Shown here one piece after another: positions 9,459-20,329 of a stretch of DNA of 64,000 nucleotides (position 1 is the stretch's first letter; every line of letters starts with the position of its first letter). A program made the position numbers and the translations under genes. The notes beneath the pieces are model-generated. The model saw only the letters and a program-made list of their open reading frames with translations, ran no database searches and was not told the DNA's origin. The stretch is from assembly GCA_963776345.1 (NCBI GenBank), contig CAVZMH010000024.1, forward strand, positions 89,579 to 153,578. Reading direction: 5' to 3'. This DNA is from an uncultured delta proteobacterium. GTDB taxonomy: Bacteria; Myxococcota; Myxococcia; Myxococcales; Myxococcaceae.

Positions 9459-11514
9459 GTGCCCCAGCAAGGAATCGAGAAGCTCGCCATCGACACCATC
9501 CGCACCCTGTCGATGGATGCGGTGCAGAAGGCGAACTCCGGGCATCCCGGCGCGCCGATGGCCCTCGCCCCGGTGGCATACGCCCTCTGGCAGAACGTCC
9601 TCCGCTACGACCCGGCGAACCCGACCTGGCCGAACCGCGATCGCTTCGTGCTCTCCAACGGGCACGCCTCGATGCTCCTCTACTCGGTGCTCCACCTGAC
9701 CGGCGTGCGCCAGCTGGACCGGGAGGGACGGGTGCTGGACGCGCCGGCGGTCTCGCTCGACGACCTCAAGTCCTTCCGCCAGATGGACAGCCGCACCCCG
9801 GGTCACCCCGAGTACCGCATCACCAGCGGCGTCGAGTGCACCACCGGGCCGCTGGGCCAGGGCGCGGCGAACTCGGTGGGCATGGCCATCGCCTCGCGGT
9901 GGCTCGGGCGCCCGGTACAACAGGCCCGGGCTCACGCTGTTCGACCACGACGTCTACGCCATCGTGGGCGACGGCGGCATGATGGAGGGCATCACCTCCG
10001 AGGCCGCCTCCCTCGCCGGGCACCTCGCGCTGCCCAACCTCTGCTGGCTCTACGACAGCAACCACATCTCGCTCGACGGGAAGCTCTCGCTCTCCTTCAG
10101 CGAGGACGTGCCGAAGCGCTTCGAGGCGTACGGCTGGGCGGTCACCCACGTCACCGACGCCAACGACCTCGGCCAGCTGGGAAAGGCGCTCGCGTTCTTC
10201 AAGGGCCAGGGCAGGCCCACGCTCATCGTCGTCGACTCGCACATCGGCTACGGCAGCCCCAAGAAGCAGGACACCAGCGCCGCGCACGGCGAGCCGCTCG
10301 GCGAGGAGCAGGTCCGCGCGGCGAAGAAGAGCTACGGCTGGCCCGAGGACGCGCAGTTCCTGGTCCCCGAGGGCGTCCGCGAGCACTTCGCCCAGGGCAT
10401 CGGCGCGCGGGGACGCAAGCTCCGGCAGGACTGGGAGGCGCTCCGCGAGCGGCATCGGAAGGAGTTCCCCGAGCTCGCGGCGGAGCTGGATCGGATCGAC
10501 CGGCTCGAGCTCCCGCCGGGCTGGGACAGCGAGCTGCCGGTCTTCCCCGCCGACCCCAAGGGGATGGCCACCCGCGAGTCGTCGGGGCAGGTGCTGAACG
10601 CGCTGGCGAAGAAGATCCCCTGGTTGCTCGGGGGCGCCGCCGACCTGAGCGGCTCGACCAAGACCACCATCAAGGGTGAGCCGAACCTCGCATCCGGCGA
10701 GCCCGGAGGCCGGAACATCTACTTCGGCGTCCGCGAGCACGCGATGGGCGCCATCGTGAACGGGATGGTGCTGAGCAAGCTGCGGGCGTTCGGGAGCACG
10801 TTCCTCACCTTCGTGGACTACATGCGCGCGCCGGTCCGGCTCGCGTCGCTGATGGAGATCCCGGTGTTCCACGTGATGACCCACGACTCCATTGGGCTCG
10901 GCGAGGACGGGCCGACGCACCAGCCGGTGGAGCAGATCGCGTCGCTCCGGGCGATGCCCGGGCTCCTGGTGCTCCGCCCGGGGGACGCGAACGAGGTCAC
11001 CGAGTGTTACCGGGTGGTGATGGAGAGCAGGCACCACCCGGCGATCCTGGTCTTCAGCCGACAGGCGCTCCCCACGTTCGACCGGACGAAGGTCAGTCCC
11101 GCGACGGGAGTGCGAAAGGGCGCCTACGTGCTGGCCGACGCCGAGGGTGGCAAGCCCGAGGTGCTGCTGATGGCCACCGGGAGCGAGGTGCGGCTCATCG
11201 TCGAGGCCCAGGAGAAGCTCAAGGCCGAGGGCATCCGCGCCCGGGCGATCAGCATGCCGTCGTGGGAGCTGTTCGAGCAGCAGTCGCCCGAGTACCGGGA
11301 GTCGGTGCTCCCCTCAGCGGTCACCGCCCGCGTCGCCGTGGAGCAGGCGGCGACGTTCGGCTGGGCGACCTACGTGGGGCGGAGCGGGAAGATCCTGGGG
11401 ATGAGGAGCTTCGGGGCGTCGGCGCCGCTCAAGGATCTGCTCCAGCACTTCGGGTTCACCACCGAGCACGTGGTGGCGGCGGCGAAGGAGCAGCTCGGGA
11501 AGAAGGGACGTTGA
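9459..11514 (+). CDS. tkt: Transketolase (frameshift near 9906-9908)
   Basis: [25 protein letters not shown] in the first frame; [24 protein letters not shown] in the second; removing one G from GGG restores [10 protein letters not shown]. Confidence 0.93.
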
Positions 11515-11518
11515 GGCC

Positions 11519-11980
11519 ATGCGAATCGCGCTCGCCGCCGACCACGCCGGCTACGCCTTGAAGCAGCACCTCCTGGAGGTCGTCCGCGCCCTCGGGCACG
11601 AGGTGACGGATCTGGGCACGGACTCCGAGGCCCCGGTCGATTATCCGGACTTCGCCGAGAAGCTGGGGATGGTCGTCCGCGAGGGCCGGGCCGACCGCGG
11701 GATTCTCCTGTGCGGGAGCGGGGTGGGCGCCTCGGTGGCGGCGAACAAGATCCCCGGGGTGCGCGCGGGCCTGTGCCACGACGGGTACTCCGCCCACCAG
11801 GGGGTGGAGCACGACGACGTGAACGTCCTGGTGCTCGGGGCGCGGATCATCGGTCCGGCCCTGGCGGACGATCTGGTGACGACGTTCCTGGCCGCCCGTT
11901 ACACCCACGAGGAACGTCACGAGCGGCGGCTGGGCAAGGTCAAGGCGCTGGAACGGCGCTGGTCGAAGGAGCAGCCATGA
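11519..11980 (+). CDS. rpiB: Ribose-5-phosphate isomerase B
   Basis: ADHAG, DYPDFA, CGSGVG, ANKIPGVRA, RHERR. Confidence 0.95.
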   Translation: MRIALAADHAGYALKQHLLEVVRALGHEVTDLGTDSEAPVDYPDFAEKLGMVVREGRADRGILLCGSGVGASVAANKIPGVRAGLCHDGYSAHQGVEHDDVNVLVLGARIIGPALADDLVTTFLAARYTHEERHERRLGKVKALERRWSKEQP

Positions 11981-13110
11981 ATCCACTCAAAGCGCTCGGA
12001 GAGCTGGGCCAGAGCATCTGGCTGGACTACATGCAGCGGAGTCTCGTCACCACGGGGAAGCTGCAGCGACTCATCGAGGACGATGGCCTCAAGGGCCTGA
12101 CGTCGAACCCCACCATCTTCCAGAAGGCGGTCGAGGGCAGTCAGGACTACGACGACCTGTTCCAGGAGTGGGCTCCCCGCGGCGCGTCGGCCGGCGAGGT
12201 GTTCGAGGCGCTGGCGATCCGGGACATCGGTGATGCGGCGCGGATCTTCCGGCCGGTCTGGGAGAAGACCAGACACCGCGATGGCTACTGCTCGATCGAG
12301 GTCACACCCACCCTGGCCCATGACACCCAAGGGACCGTGGTCGAGGCGCGCCGGCTCTGGAAGAAGCTCGGCGTTCCCAACGTGATGGTCAAGATCCCGG
12401 GGACGGTGGAAGGTGTTCCGGCGATCGAGCAGTGCGTCTCCGATGGTCTCAACATCAACGTGACCTTGCTGTTCAGCCAGGACGCCTACGTCGCCGTTGC
12501 CGAGGCGTACATCCGGGGACTGGAGAAGCGAGTCGCCCGCGGCGAGGACGTCTCGGAGAGCGCTTCGGTGGCGAGCTTCTTCGTGAGCCGGATCGACACC
12601 CTGGTGGAGAAGACCATCGCCAGCCGCGTGAAGGCCGAGCCCACCCCTCGGCAGAAGGCCCTCTTCGACGAGATCGCGGGCAAGGTGGCCATCGCCAACG
12701 CCAAGCAGGCCTATCAGAAGTACCAGAAGCTGTTCTCGGGTTCGCGCTGGCAGGCGCTCGCCGACAGGGGAGCCAAGACTCAGCGGGTCCTGTGGGCCAG
12801 CACCGGCACCAAGAATCCCAGGTACTCCGACGTCCTCTACATCGACGAGCTGATCGGGCCGGACACGGTGAACACGATCCCCCCGGCCACGCTCGACGCC
12901 TTCCGCGACCACGGCAAGGCCCGGCGGACCCTGGACGAGGGGCTCGAGCAGGCGGATGCGGTGATGCGCAAGCTGGAGCAGTCGGGAATCTCGATGAAGG
13001 CGGTCACCGACCAGCTGGTCGACGAGGGCGTGAAGAGCTTCGAGGACAGCTTCCGCCAGCTGATCTCCGCGGTGGACGGCCGACTGAAGAGCGAGGGAGG
13101 GCGGAAGTGA
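11977..13110 (+). CDS. tal: Transaldolase
   Basis: GQSIWLD, GLTSNPTIF, VMVKIPGT, INVTLLFS, ASFFVSRID, LWASTGTK. Confidence 0.95.
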   Translation: MNPLKALGELGQSIWLDYMQRSLVTTGKLQRLIEDDGLKGLTSNPTIFQKAVEGSQDYDDLFQEWAPRGASAGEVFEALAIRDIGDAARIFRPVWEKTRHRDGYCSIEVTPTLAHDTQGTVVEARRLWKKLGVPNVMVKIPGTVEGVPAIEQCVSDGLNINVTLLFSQDAYVAVAEAYIRGLEKRVARGEDVSESASVASFFVSRIDTLVEKTIASRVKAEPTPRQKALFDEIAGKVAIANAKQAYQKYQKLFSGSRWQALADRGAKTQRVLWASTGTKNPRYSDVLYIDELIGPDTVNTIPPATLDAFRDHGKARRTLDEGLEQADAVMRKLEQSGISMKAVTDQLVDEGVKSFEDSFRQLISAVDGRLKSEGGRK

Positions 13111-14813
13111 ACCGCATCTCCCTGCATCTTCCGGCCGAGCTCGACTCGGACGTGAAGCGGACCCTCGCCGACTGGGACCAGGGCAAGAAGATGCAGCGCC
13201 TCTGGGACCGCGACGCCTCGCTGTGGACCGGTCAGGACGAGGCGAAGTGGCTCGGGTGGCTGGACGTCGTGGACGCGAAGACGCCGGTGAGCCCCGAGCT
13301 GGGGAGCTTCCTCCAGTCGATCGAGCTGGACCGGTTCGGCCAGGTCCTGCTGCTCGGGATGGGGGGCAGCTCGCTCTGCCCCGAGGTGATGGCCCAGACG
13401 TACGGGCCGGTGAAGGGGAAGCCCGAGCTCTTGGTGCTCGACTCCACCGACCCGGTCCAGGTGCAGTCGTTCGCCAGGCGCGTCGACCCGGTGCGGACGC
13501 TGTTCATCGTCTCCAGCAAGAGCGGGAGCACGCTCGAGCCGAACATCTTCTTCCAGTTCTTCTGGGCGAAGACGGTGGAGGCGGTGGGGCAGGAGAAGGC
13601 CGGGCGGCACTTCGTGGCCGTCACCGACCCGGGCTCGAAGATGGAGCAGGTGGCGAAGGAGCACCGCTTCCGCGCCATCTTCCCGGGGAGGCCGAGCATC
13701 GGCGGGCGCTACTCGGCGCTGTCCAACTTCGGCCTGGTGCCGGCGGGCGCGATGGGCGTGGACCTCCCGCGGTTCCTCGGGAGCACGCTGACCATGGTGC
13801 AGGCCTGCGCCGGGAGCGTCGTCGCCTCGAAGAATCCGGGCGGTATCCTCGGCGCGGTGCTGGGGACGCTGGGCAAGGCGGGGCGGAACAAGGTGACGCT
13901 GGTCACCAGCCCGGGCATCGGCGACGTGGGCGCCTGGCTGGAGCAGCTGCTGGCCGAGTCGACCGGCAAGCAGGGCAAGGGGCTCATCCCGGTGGACCGC
14001 GAGGCGCTGGGCGCGCCCGAGCAGTACGGGCAAGACCGGCTCTTCGCCTACCTGCGGCTCGAGTCGGCGCCGGACACTGGCCAGGACCGGGGCGTGGAGG
14101 CGCTGGCCAGGGCCGGGCACCCGGTGGTGCGCATCGCCGTGGAGGACCCCTACGCGCTGGGGCAGGAGCTCTTCCGGTGGGAGATCGCGACCGCCGTGGC
14201 CGGGGCGGTCCTGGGCATCAACCCCTTCGACCAGCCGGACGTCGAGGCGAGCAAGGTCGAGACCCGGAAGCTGACCGAGGCGTACGAGAAGACCGGGTCG
14301 CTGCCGGACGAGCGCCCGTTCCTCGAGGACGGGCCGGTGGCCCTGTTCGCGGACCCGGCCAACGTCCAGGCGCTCCAGGGCGGCAAGACGCTGGCCGACG
14401 TGCTCCGGACGCACCTCGGGCGGCTCGGGGCGGGCGACTACCTGGGCCTGCTCGCGTACATCCCGATGACCAGGGAGAACGAGGCGGTGCTGCAGGCGGG
14501 GCGCATGCGGGTGCGCGACGCGCGGAAGGTCGCCACCTGCCTCGGCTTCGGGCCGCGGTTCCTCCACTCCACCGGCCAGGCCTACAAGGGCGGGCCGAAC
14601 TCGGGCGTGTTCCTGCAGGTCACCTGCGACGATCCGGTGCAGCTCCCCGTCCCCGGGCAGAAGTACACCTTCGGGGTGGTGAAGGCGGCGCAGGCGCGGG
14701 GTGACTTCGAGGTGCTCGCGGCGCGGAAGCGCAGGGCGCTCCGGGTGCACCTGCGCGGGCCGCTCGATGCCGCGCTCCGGAAGCTGCGCGAGACCATCGA
14801 CCGGGCGGTCTGA
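13107..14813 (+). CDS. pgi: Glucose-6-phosphate isomerase (Tal-Pgi type, separate gene)
   Basis: [48 protein letters not shown] start overlapping the tal TGA with GGAGGG RBS. Confidence 0.92.
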   Translation: MNRISLHLPAELDSDVKRTLADWDQGKKMQRLWDRDASLWTGQDEAKWLGWLDVVDAKTPVSPELGSFLQSIELDRFGQVLLLGMGGSSLCPEVMAQTYGPVKGKPELLVLDSTDPVQVQSFARRVDPVRTLFIVSSKSGSTLEPNIFFQFFWAKTVEAVGQEKAGRHFVAVTDPGSKMEQVAKEHRFRAIFPGRPSIGGRYSALSNFGLVPAGAMGVDLPRFLGSTLTMVQACAGSVVASKNPGGILGAVLGTLGKAGRNKVTLVTSPGIGDVGAWLEQLLAESTGKQGKGLIPVDREALGAPEQYGQDRLFAYLRLESAPDTGQDRGVEALARAGHPVVRIAVEDPYALGQELFRWEIATAVAGAVLGINPFDQPDVEASKVETRKLTEAYEKTGSLPDERPFLEDGPVALFADPANVQALQGGKTLADVLRTHLGRLGAGDYLGLLAYIPMTRENEAVLQAGRMRVRDARKVATCLGFGPRFLHSTGQAYKGGPNSGVFLQVTCDDPVQLPVPGQKYTFGVVKAAQARGDFEVLAARKRRALRVHLRGPLDAALRKLRETIDRAV

Positions 14814-14857
14814 GAGGGCAGTCCCCAACAGGCAGTCGGCAGTCAGGAGCGACAGCG

Positions 14858-15829
14858 ATGCAGATCGGGATGATCGGCCTGGGTCGGATGGGCGGGAACA
14901 TGGTCCGCCGGCTGATGAAGGGCGGGCACGCGTGCGTGGTTCACGACCGCGGCGCCGACGTGGTCGCGGCCTTCGCCAGGGAGGGCGCCACCCCGGCGAA
15001 GACGCTGGAGGAGCTGGTGTCGAAGCTCCAGAAGCCACGCGCGGTGTGGATCATGGTCCCCTCCGGCGGGCCCACCGAGGACACGGTGCAGTCGCTGGCC
15101 AGGCTGCTCGACGCAGGCGACACGATCATCGACGGCGGGAACAGCTTCTTCAAGGACGACGTCCGCCGGGCGAAGGAGGTCGCGAAGAAGGGCATCCACT
15201 ACGTCGACGCCGGCACCAGCGGCGGGGTGTGGGGCGCCGAGCGCGGCTACTGCCTGATGGTGGGCGGCCCGAAGGAGGCGGTGCAGCGCATCGAGCCGGT
15301 GCTCCGGACCCTCGCCCCGGGCAAGGGCGACATCCCGGCGACACCGGGGCGCGACGGGAAGAGCACCGCGGAGCTGGGGTACCTGCACTGCGGCCCCCCG
15401 GGCTCCGGGCACTTCGTGAAGATGGTGCACAACGGGATCGAGTACGGCCTGATGCAGGCCTACGCCGAGGGCTTCGACATCTTCAAGAATGCGGGCTCGG
15501 AGCAGCTGCCCGAGGAGATCCGCTACGACCTGAACATCGCCGACATCGCCGAGCTGTGGCGGCGGGGCAGCGTGGTCTCCAGCTGGCTGCTCGACCTGAC
15601 CAGCATCGCGCTCGCCCAGGACCCGACGCTGGAGAGCTACTCGGGGTTCGTCCAGGACTCGGGCGAGGGCCGGTGGACGGTGCAGGCGGCGGTCGACGAG
15701 GCGGTGCCGGCCGAGGTGCTGACCGCGGCGCTCTACACTCGCTTCCGCTCGCGGCAGCAGCACACCTTCGCCGAGAAGCTGCTCTCGGCGATGCGCAAGC
15801 AGTTCGGCGGCCACGTGGAGCCCAAGTAA
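14858..15829 (+). CDS. gnd: 6-phosphogluconate dehydrogenase, decarboxylating (short form)
   Basis: [42 protein letters not shown]. Confidence 0.95.
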   Translation: MQIGMIGLGRMGGNMVRRLMKGGHACVVHDRGADVVAAFAREGATPAKTLEELVSKLQKPRAVWIMVPSGGPTEDTVQSLARLLDAGDTIIDGGNSFFKDDVRRAKEVAKKGIHYVDAGTSGGVWGAERGYCLMVGGPKEAVQRIEPVLRTLAPGKGDIPATPGRDGKSTAELGYLHCGPPGSGHFVKMVHNGIEYGLMQAYAEGFDIFKNAGSEQLPEEIRYDLNIADIAELWRRGSVVSSWLLDLTSIALAQDPTLESYSGFVQDSGEGRWTVQAAVDEAVPAEVLTAALYTRFRSRQQHTFAEKLLSAMRKQFGGHVEPK

Positions 15830-17362
15830 ATGGTGCAGAAGCTGGAGACGGCGCTCACCCCTCCGCACAACCGCACCGCCGACCCGTGCGTGGTCATCAT
15901 CTTCGGGGCCTCGGGTGACCTGACCCGGCGGAAGCTCATCCCGGCCATCCTCAACCTCCAGAACGCGGGCTTCCTCCCGCGGAACCTGGCGGTGGTGGGC
16001 GTGGCCCGGACGCAGATGAGCAACGTGCAGTTCCGGGACGAGGTGAAGCCCGACGACAAGGTCCTCTCCACCGAGCCGATGCGGGCGGCCTGGGGAGCGC
16101 TCTCCGAGCGCATCTTCTACTTCTCCGCCGACGCGACGAAGCCCGAGTCGTTCACCGGCCTGGCCGAGTTCCTCAAGAAGACCGACGGCCAGGTGGGGAC
16201 GCCCGGGAACTACCTGTTCTACCTCTCGGTGGCGCCGACCTTCTTCGCCCCCATCGTGCAGAACCTGGGCCAGAGCGGCCTGGCGAAGGAGGAGAACGGC
16301 CGCTGGCGCCGGGTGGTGATCGAGAAGCCCTTTGGACACGATCTGCCCACCGCGGTGGAGCTGAACCGGAGCATCAAGTCGGTGATCGGCGAGAGGCAGA
16401 TCTTCCGGATCGACCACTACCTGGGGAAGGAGACGGTCCAGAACCTCATGGTGTTCCGGTTCGGAAACGGGATGTTCGAGCCGATCTGGAACCGGAACTA
16501 CATCGACCACGTGCAGATCACCGTGGCCGAGGAACTGGGGGTCGAGGGCCGGGGCGGCTACTACGACACCGCCGGCGCGATGCGGGACATGGTGCCCAAC
16601 CACATCGCCCAGCTGGTGAGCCTGGTGGGTATGGAGCCGCCGATCTCGTTCAGCGCGGATGCGGTCCGAGACGAGCAGGTGAAGCTCCTCAACTCCATCG
16701 AGCCGATGTCGCCGGAGGACGTGCTGCACCAGGCGGTGCGCGGGCAGTACGGGGCGGGCGACGTGGACGGGAAGAAGGTGCCCGGCTACCGCGAGGAGGA
16801 GAAGGTCCCGCCCGAGAGCCACACCGACACCTTCGTCGCGCTGCGCCTGATCGTCGACAACTGGCGCTGGGCGGGGGTGCCGTTCTACGTGCGCACCGGG
16901 AAGCGCCTGCCCAGGCGCGTGACCCAGATCGTCATCCAGTTCAAGCACGCGCCGGCGATGCTCTTCCAGCACACCTCGGTGGACCGGCTGACCACCAACC
17001 GGCTCTACATCCACATCCAGCCCAAGGAGGGCATCTCGCTCCGCTTCGGGGCGAAGGTGCCCGGACCACTGCTCACCGTTGGCGCGGTGGAGATGGACTT
17101 CGACTACCTGGACTACTTCGGCAAGGTGGCGAGCACCGGCTACGAGACGCTGCTCTACGACGCGATGATCGGCGACGCCACGCTGTTCCAGCGCGCGGAC
17201 ATGGTGGAGGCGGGCTGGTCGATGGTGCAGCCGATCCTCGACGTGTGGAAGGCGCTCCCGCCTCGGAGCTTTCCCAACTACGCCTCGGGGAGCTGGGGCC
17301 CGGCCGAGGCGGACGAGCTGCTCCGCCGGGAGGGCCGCCACTGGGAGAACACGGGGACGTGA
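15830..17362 (+). CDS. zwf: Glucose-6-phosphate 1-dehydrogenase
   Basis: [40 protein letters not shown]. Confidence 0.96.
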   Translation: MVQKLETALTPPHNRTADPCVVIIFGASGDLTRRKLIPAILNLQNAGFLPRNLAVVGVARTQMSNVQFRDEVKPDDKVLSTEPMRAAWGALSERIFYFSADATKPESFTGLAEFLKKTDGQVGTPGNYLFYLSVAPTFFAPIVQNLGQSGLAKEENGRWRRVVIEKPFGHDLPTAVELNRSIKSVIGERQIFRIDHYLGKETVQNLMVFRFGNGMFEPIWNRNYIDHVQITVAEELGVEGRGGYYDTAGAMRDMVPNHIAQLVSLVGMEPPISFSADAVRDEQVKLLNSIEPMSPEDVLHQAVRGQYGAGDVDGKKVPGYREEEKVPPESHTDTFVALRLIVDNWRWAGVPFYVRTGKRLPRRVTQIVIQFKHAPAMLFQHTSVDRLTTNRLYIHIQPKEGISLRFGAKVPGPLLTVGAVEMDFDYLDYFGKVASTGYETLLYDAMIGDATLFQRADMVEAGWSMVQPILDVWKALPPRSFPNYASGSWGPAEADELLRREGRHWENTGT

Positions 17363-18342
17363 TCGTCGCCGGCGACATCGGGGGCACCAACGCCCGCCTG
17401 GCGACGTTCGAGGTCCACGCCGGGCAATTGCTGTTGACCAAGGAGATCGTCTACCCCAGCCGTTCCGCGCCTGACCTCGAGACCATCGTCCGCCGCTTCG
17501 TGGAGGAGGTGCGGCCGGCGGCCAGCGCGGTGGCGCTGGGGGTGGCTGGACCGGTGAGGGACGGGCGCACCGAGACTCCGAACCTGCCCTGGGTGGTCGA
17601 TGCGCGCGGCCTGGCGGACGTCCTGGGCGTCCGGCGAGTGACGCTCCTCAACGACCTCAAGGCCAACGCCTACGGCCTGCGGCACCTCGGACCCGCCGAC
17701 TTCGCGACGCTGCAGCCTGGGGCGAAGGACGCCACCGGGAACCAGGCCATTCTCTCGGCGGGAACCGGGCTGGGGGCGGCGGGGCTGTACTGGGACGGAG
17801 AGCGGCACCGTCCCTTCGCCACCGAGGGCGGGCACGCCGACTTCGCGCCCCGGAACCGGCTCGAGGCGGAGCTGATGGAGCACGTCGCCCGGGAGAAGGG
17901 GCGGGTGAGCGCCGAGCGGATCCTCTCGGGCAGCGGGCTGGTGCGCATCTACCGCTTCCTCCGGGCGCGCTCCGGGCAGCCCGAGGACCCTGCGCTGACC
18001 GAGCGTCTGGCGAAGGAGGACCCGGCGGCGGTCATCTCCCGCTGCGGCCTGGACGACGCGGACCCGGTGTGCGTCCAGGCGCTGGAGCTGTTCGTCTCGC
18101 TGTACGGGGCGGAGGCTGGGAACGTCGCCCTGCGGATGCTCGCCACCGGCGGCGTCTTCCTCGGCGGGGGCATCGCGCCCAAGCTCCTCCCCCGGTTCAA
18201 GCGGGATGGTCTGTTCCTCTCCTCCTTCCTGGACAAGGGCCGGATGCGACCGCTGCTGGAGGACATCCCGGTGCTGGTGGTGCTCAACGACCGGGCGGCG
18301 CTCTGGGGCGCGGCGCACTGCGCGGCCTTCGACGAGACCTGA
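17359..18342 (+). CDS. glk: Glucokinase
   Basis: [39 protein letters not shown] overlapping the zwf stop. Confidence 0.93.
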   Translation: MIVAGDIGGTNARLATFEVHAGQLLLTKEIVYPSRSAPDLETIVRRFVEEVRPAASAVALGVAGPVRDGRTETPNLPWVVDARGLADVLGVRRVTLLNDLKANAYGLRHLGPADFATLQPGAKDATGNQAILSAGTGLGAAGLYWDGERHRPFATEGGHADFAPRNRLEAELMEHVAREKGRVSAERILSGSGLVRIYRFLRARSGQPEDPALTERLAKEDPAAVISRCGLDDADPVCVQALELFVSLYGAEAGNVALRMLATGGVFLGGGIAPKLLPRFKRDGLFLSSFLDKGRMRPLLEDIPVLVVLNDRAALWGAAHCAAFDET

Positions 18343-18353
18343 GGTGCGTGGCG

Positions 18354-19091
18354 ATGGCGGGTCCGCAACTTCGAGTGCTGGAGAGCCGGGACGCGGTGGC
18401 TCGCACCGCGGCGCAGTGGGTGCATGACCGGGCCTGGGCGGCGGCGAACGCGCGGGGCCGCTTCACGCTCGCGCTCTCGGGGGGGACGACGCCGCGCGCG
18501 CTCTACCAGCAGATGGCGGCGGGCCCGAGGCTACCCTGGGACCGGACGGTGTTCTGCTTCGGCGACGAGCGGAACGTCCCGCCGGACGACCCCGAGAGCA
18601 ACGCCAGGATGGCCCGGGAGGCGCTGACCGGGCAGCCGTTCGTGAACCAGTCCAGCGTGCACCGCATCCGGGGCGAGCTGCCGGCCGCGGAGGCGGCGGC
18701 CGACTACCAGCAGACCCTCCGGAAGCTGTTCCCCGGGACGACGTCGTTCCCCAGCTTCGACCTGGTGCTGCTGGGGCTCGGGCCGGATGGCCACACGGCG
18801 TCGCTGTTCCCGCACTCGCCGGCGCTCGACGAGCGGGCGGCGTGGGTGGCGGCGAACTGGGTGGAGAAGTTCCGGACGCATCGCATCACCCTGACCTTTC
18901 CGGTGCTGAACGCGGCGGCCGAGGTGCTGTTCCTGGCCACGGGCGACGACAAGGCCTGGGCGCTGCGGAAGGTGCTGCGAGGCAGCGCGCCGGTGGCCGA
19001 GATTCCCGCCCGGGGCGTCGCGCCGGCGTCGGGCCGGGTCACCTTCCTGGTGGACCGGGCGGCGGCAGCCGGGCTAGGTCAGTCGACCTAG
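18354..19091 (+). CDS. pgl: 6-phosphogluconolactonase
   Basis: LSGGTTP, GDERNVP, DLVLLGLGPDGHTASLFP, RITLT. Confidence 0.94.
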   Translation: MAGPQLRVLESRDAVARTAAQWVHDRAWAAANARGRFTLALSGGTTPRALYQQMAAGPRLPWDRTVFCFGDERNVPPDDPESNARMAREALTGQPFVNQSSVHRIRGELPAAEAAADYQQTLRKLFPGTTSFPSFDLVLLGLGPDGHTASLFPHSPALDERAAWVAANWVEKFRTHRITLTFPVLNAAAEVLFLATGDDKAWALRKVLRGSAPVAEIPARGVAPASGRVTFLVDRAAAAGLGQST

Positions 19092-19765
19092 GTGAAAGTA
19101 CTTCCCTCCATCCTGGCCGCGGACTACTGGCGGCTGGGCGAGCAGGTCGCCGACGCCGAGCGGGGCGGGGCGGACCGCTTCCACATCGACATCATGGATG
19201 GGCTGTTCGTGCCCAACCTCACGCTGGGCATCCCGGTGGTGGAGGCGATGCGGCGGGGAACGAAGCTCCCCCTCGAGATTCACCTCATGATCGAGCGGCC
19301 GGAGCGGTACACGGCGGACTTCATCAAGGCGGGGGGGATCTCCTGATTCTTCACCAGGAGGCCACTCCGAACCTGCACCGCGCCATCCAGCAGGTCCGAC
19401 AGCTCGGGAAGCAGGTCGGGGTGGGGCTCAACCCGGCGACGCCGCTCAACGTGGTCGAGGAGGTCATCGAGGGGCTGGATCTCCTGCTCCTGATGACGGT
19501 GAACCCGGGCTTCGGCGGGCAGAAGTTCATCCGCGAGATGCTGCCCAAGCTGACGCGGGCCCGGTCGCTCATCCAGCAGCGGAGTCCCGGCTGCGAGCTC
19601 GAGGTGGACGGCGGGGTGGACCTGACCACCGGTCCCCTGGCGGTGGCGGCAGGCGCCGATGTCCTCGTGGCGGGCACCTGCGTCTTCGCTCACCCTGGCG
19701 GGCCGGGTGCCGGCGTGCGGGCGCTCCGCGAGGCCGTGAAGCGCGGTCCGGCCGCGGCGCCGTAG
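19092..19765 (+). CDS. rpe: Ribulose-phosphate 3-epimerase (frameshift at G7 run 19331-19337)
   Basis: PSILAAD, HIDIMDG, HLMI in the first frame; MTVNPGFGGQ, VDGG in the second; one extra G restores AGGDLLILHQE. Confidence 0.92.
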
Positions 19766-19804
19766 CCCCGCGAGCGAGGGCGAGAGGTCAGACCGTTCGG
19801 CCGT

Positions 19805-20329
19805 TCAGGAGGCGGTGTCGTGACCGAGCGCCCGCTGCGCCTCGGCGACCCCGGCCTCGGCGTTTCCGCTCTGGAGCAGCTGCACCAGCCGGGCATTCAC
19901 CGCGCCGAGGCGGCGAGCGAGGAGCCGGGCCAGTCCATGGGCGATCTTCAGCGCGGCGACGTTCCCGCTCGACAGCCGGGTCCGGAGCGCCGGACCGGGG
20001 ATGGCGGCGACGGTGACCGGCCCGACGGCGATCGCCGAGGCGCTGCGCTTTCCTCCGGCCTCGAGCACCGCCATCTCCCCGAGCACCGCCGGCGCCGAGA
20101 CGACGGAGAGGATCTGATGCTTCCCGGCCGGGTCCCGCTTCACCACCTGCGCCGAGCCCGAGAGGAGGAACACCAGCGCGTCGCCGGGGTCGCCCTCGCG
20201 GAACAGCGGCAGCTGCGGCTCCAGGCCCTTCACCTCGGCGAGCCCGGCGATCTCCTCCAGCTCGGCCGCGCTCAACCCCGAGAGCAGCGGAACGTGGCGC
20301 AGGGCCTCGGCGCTCGGGCGCTCGCTCAT
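19805..20329 (-). CDS. Stand-alone cyclic-nucleotide-binding domain protein
   Basis: VPLLSGLS, LFREGDPGD, GEMAVL...RSASAIA; no HTH seen. Confidence 0.85.
   Translation of the reverse strand: MSERPSAEALRHVPLLSGLSAAELEEIAGLAEVKGLEPQLPLFREGDPGDALVFLLSGSAQVVKRDPAGKHQILSVVSAPAVLGEMAVLEAGGKRSASAIAVGPVTVAAIPGPALRTRLSSGNVAALKIAHGLARLLARRLGAVNARLVQLLQSGNAEAGVAEAQRALGHDTAS

Noticed and set aside
13107..13110. Sequencing frameshift splitting a tal-pgi fusion
   Set aside because: Clean GTGA overlap with its own RBS suggests a real two-gene arrangement
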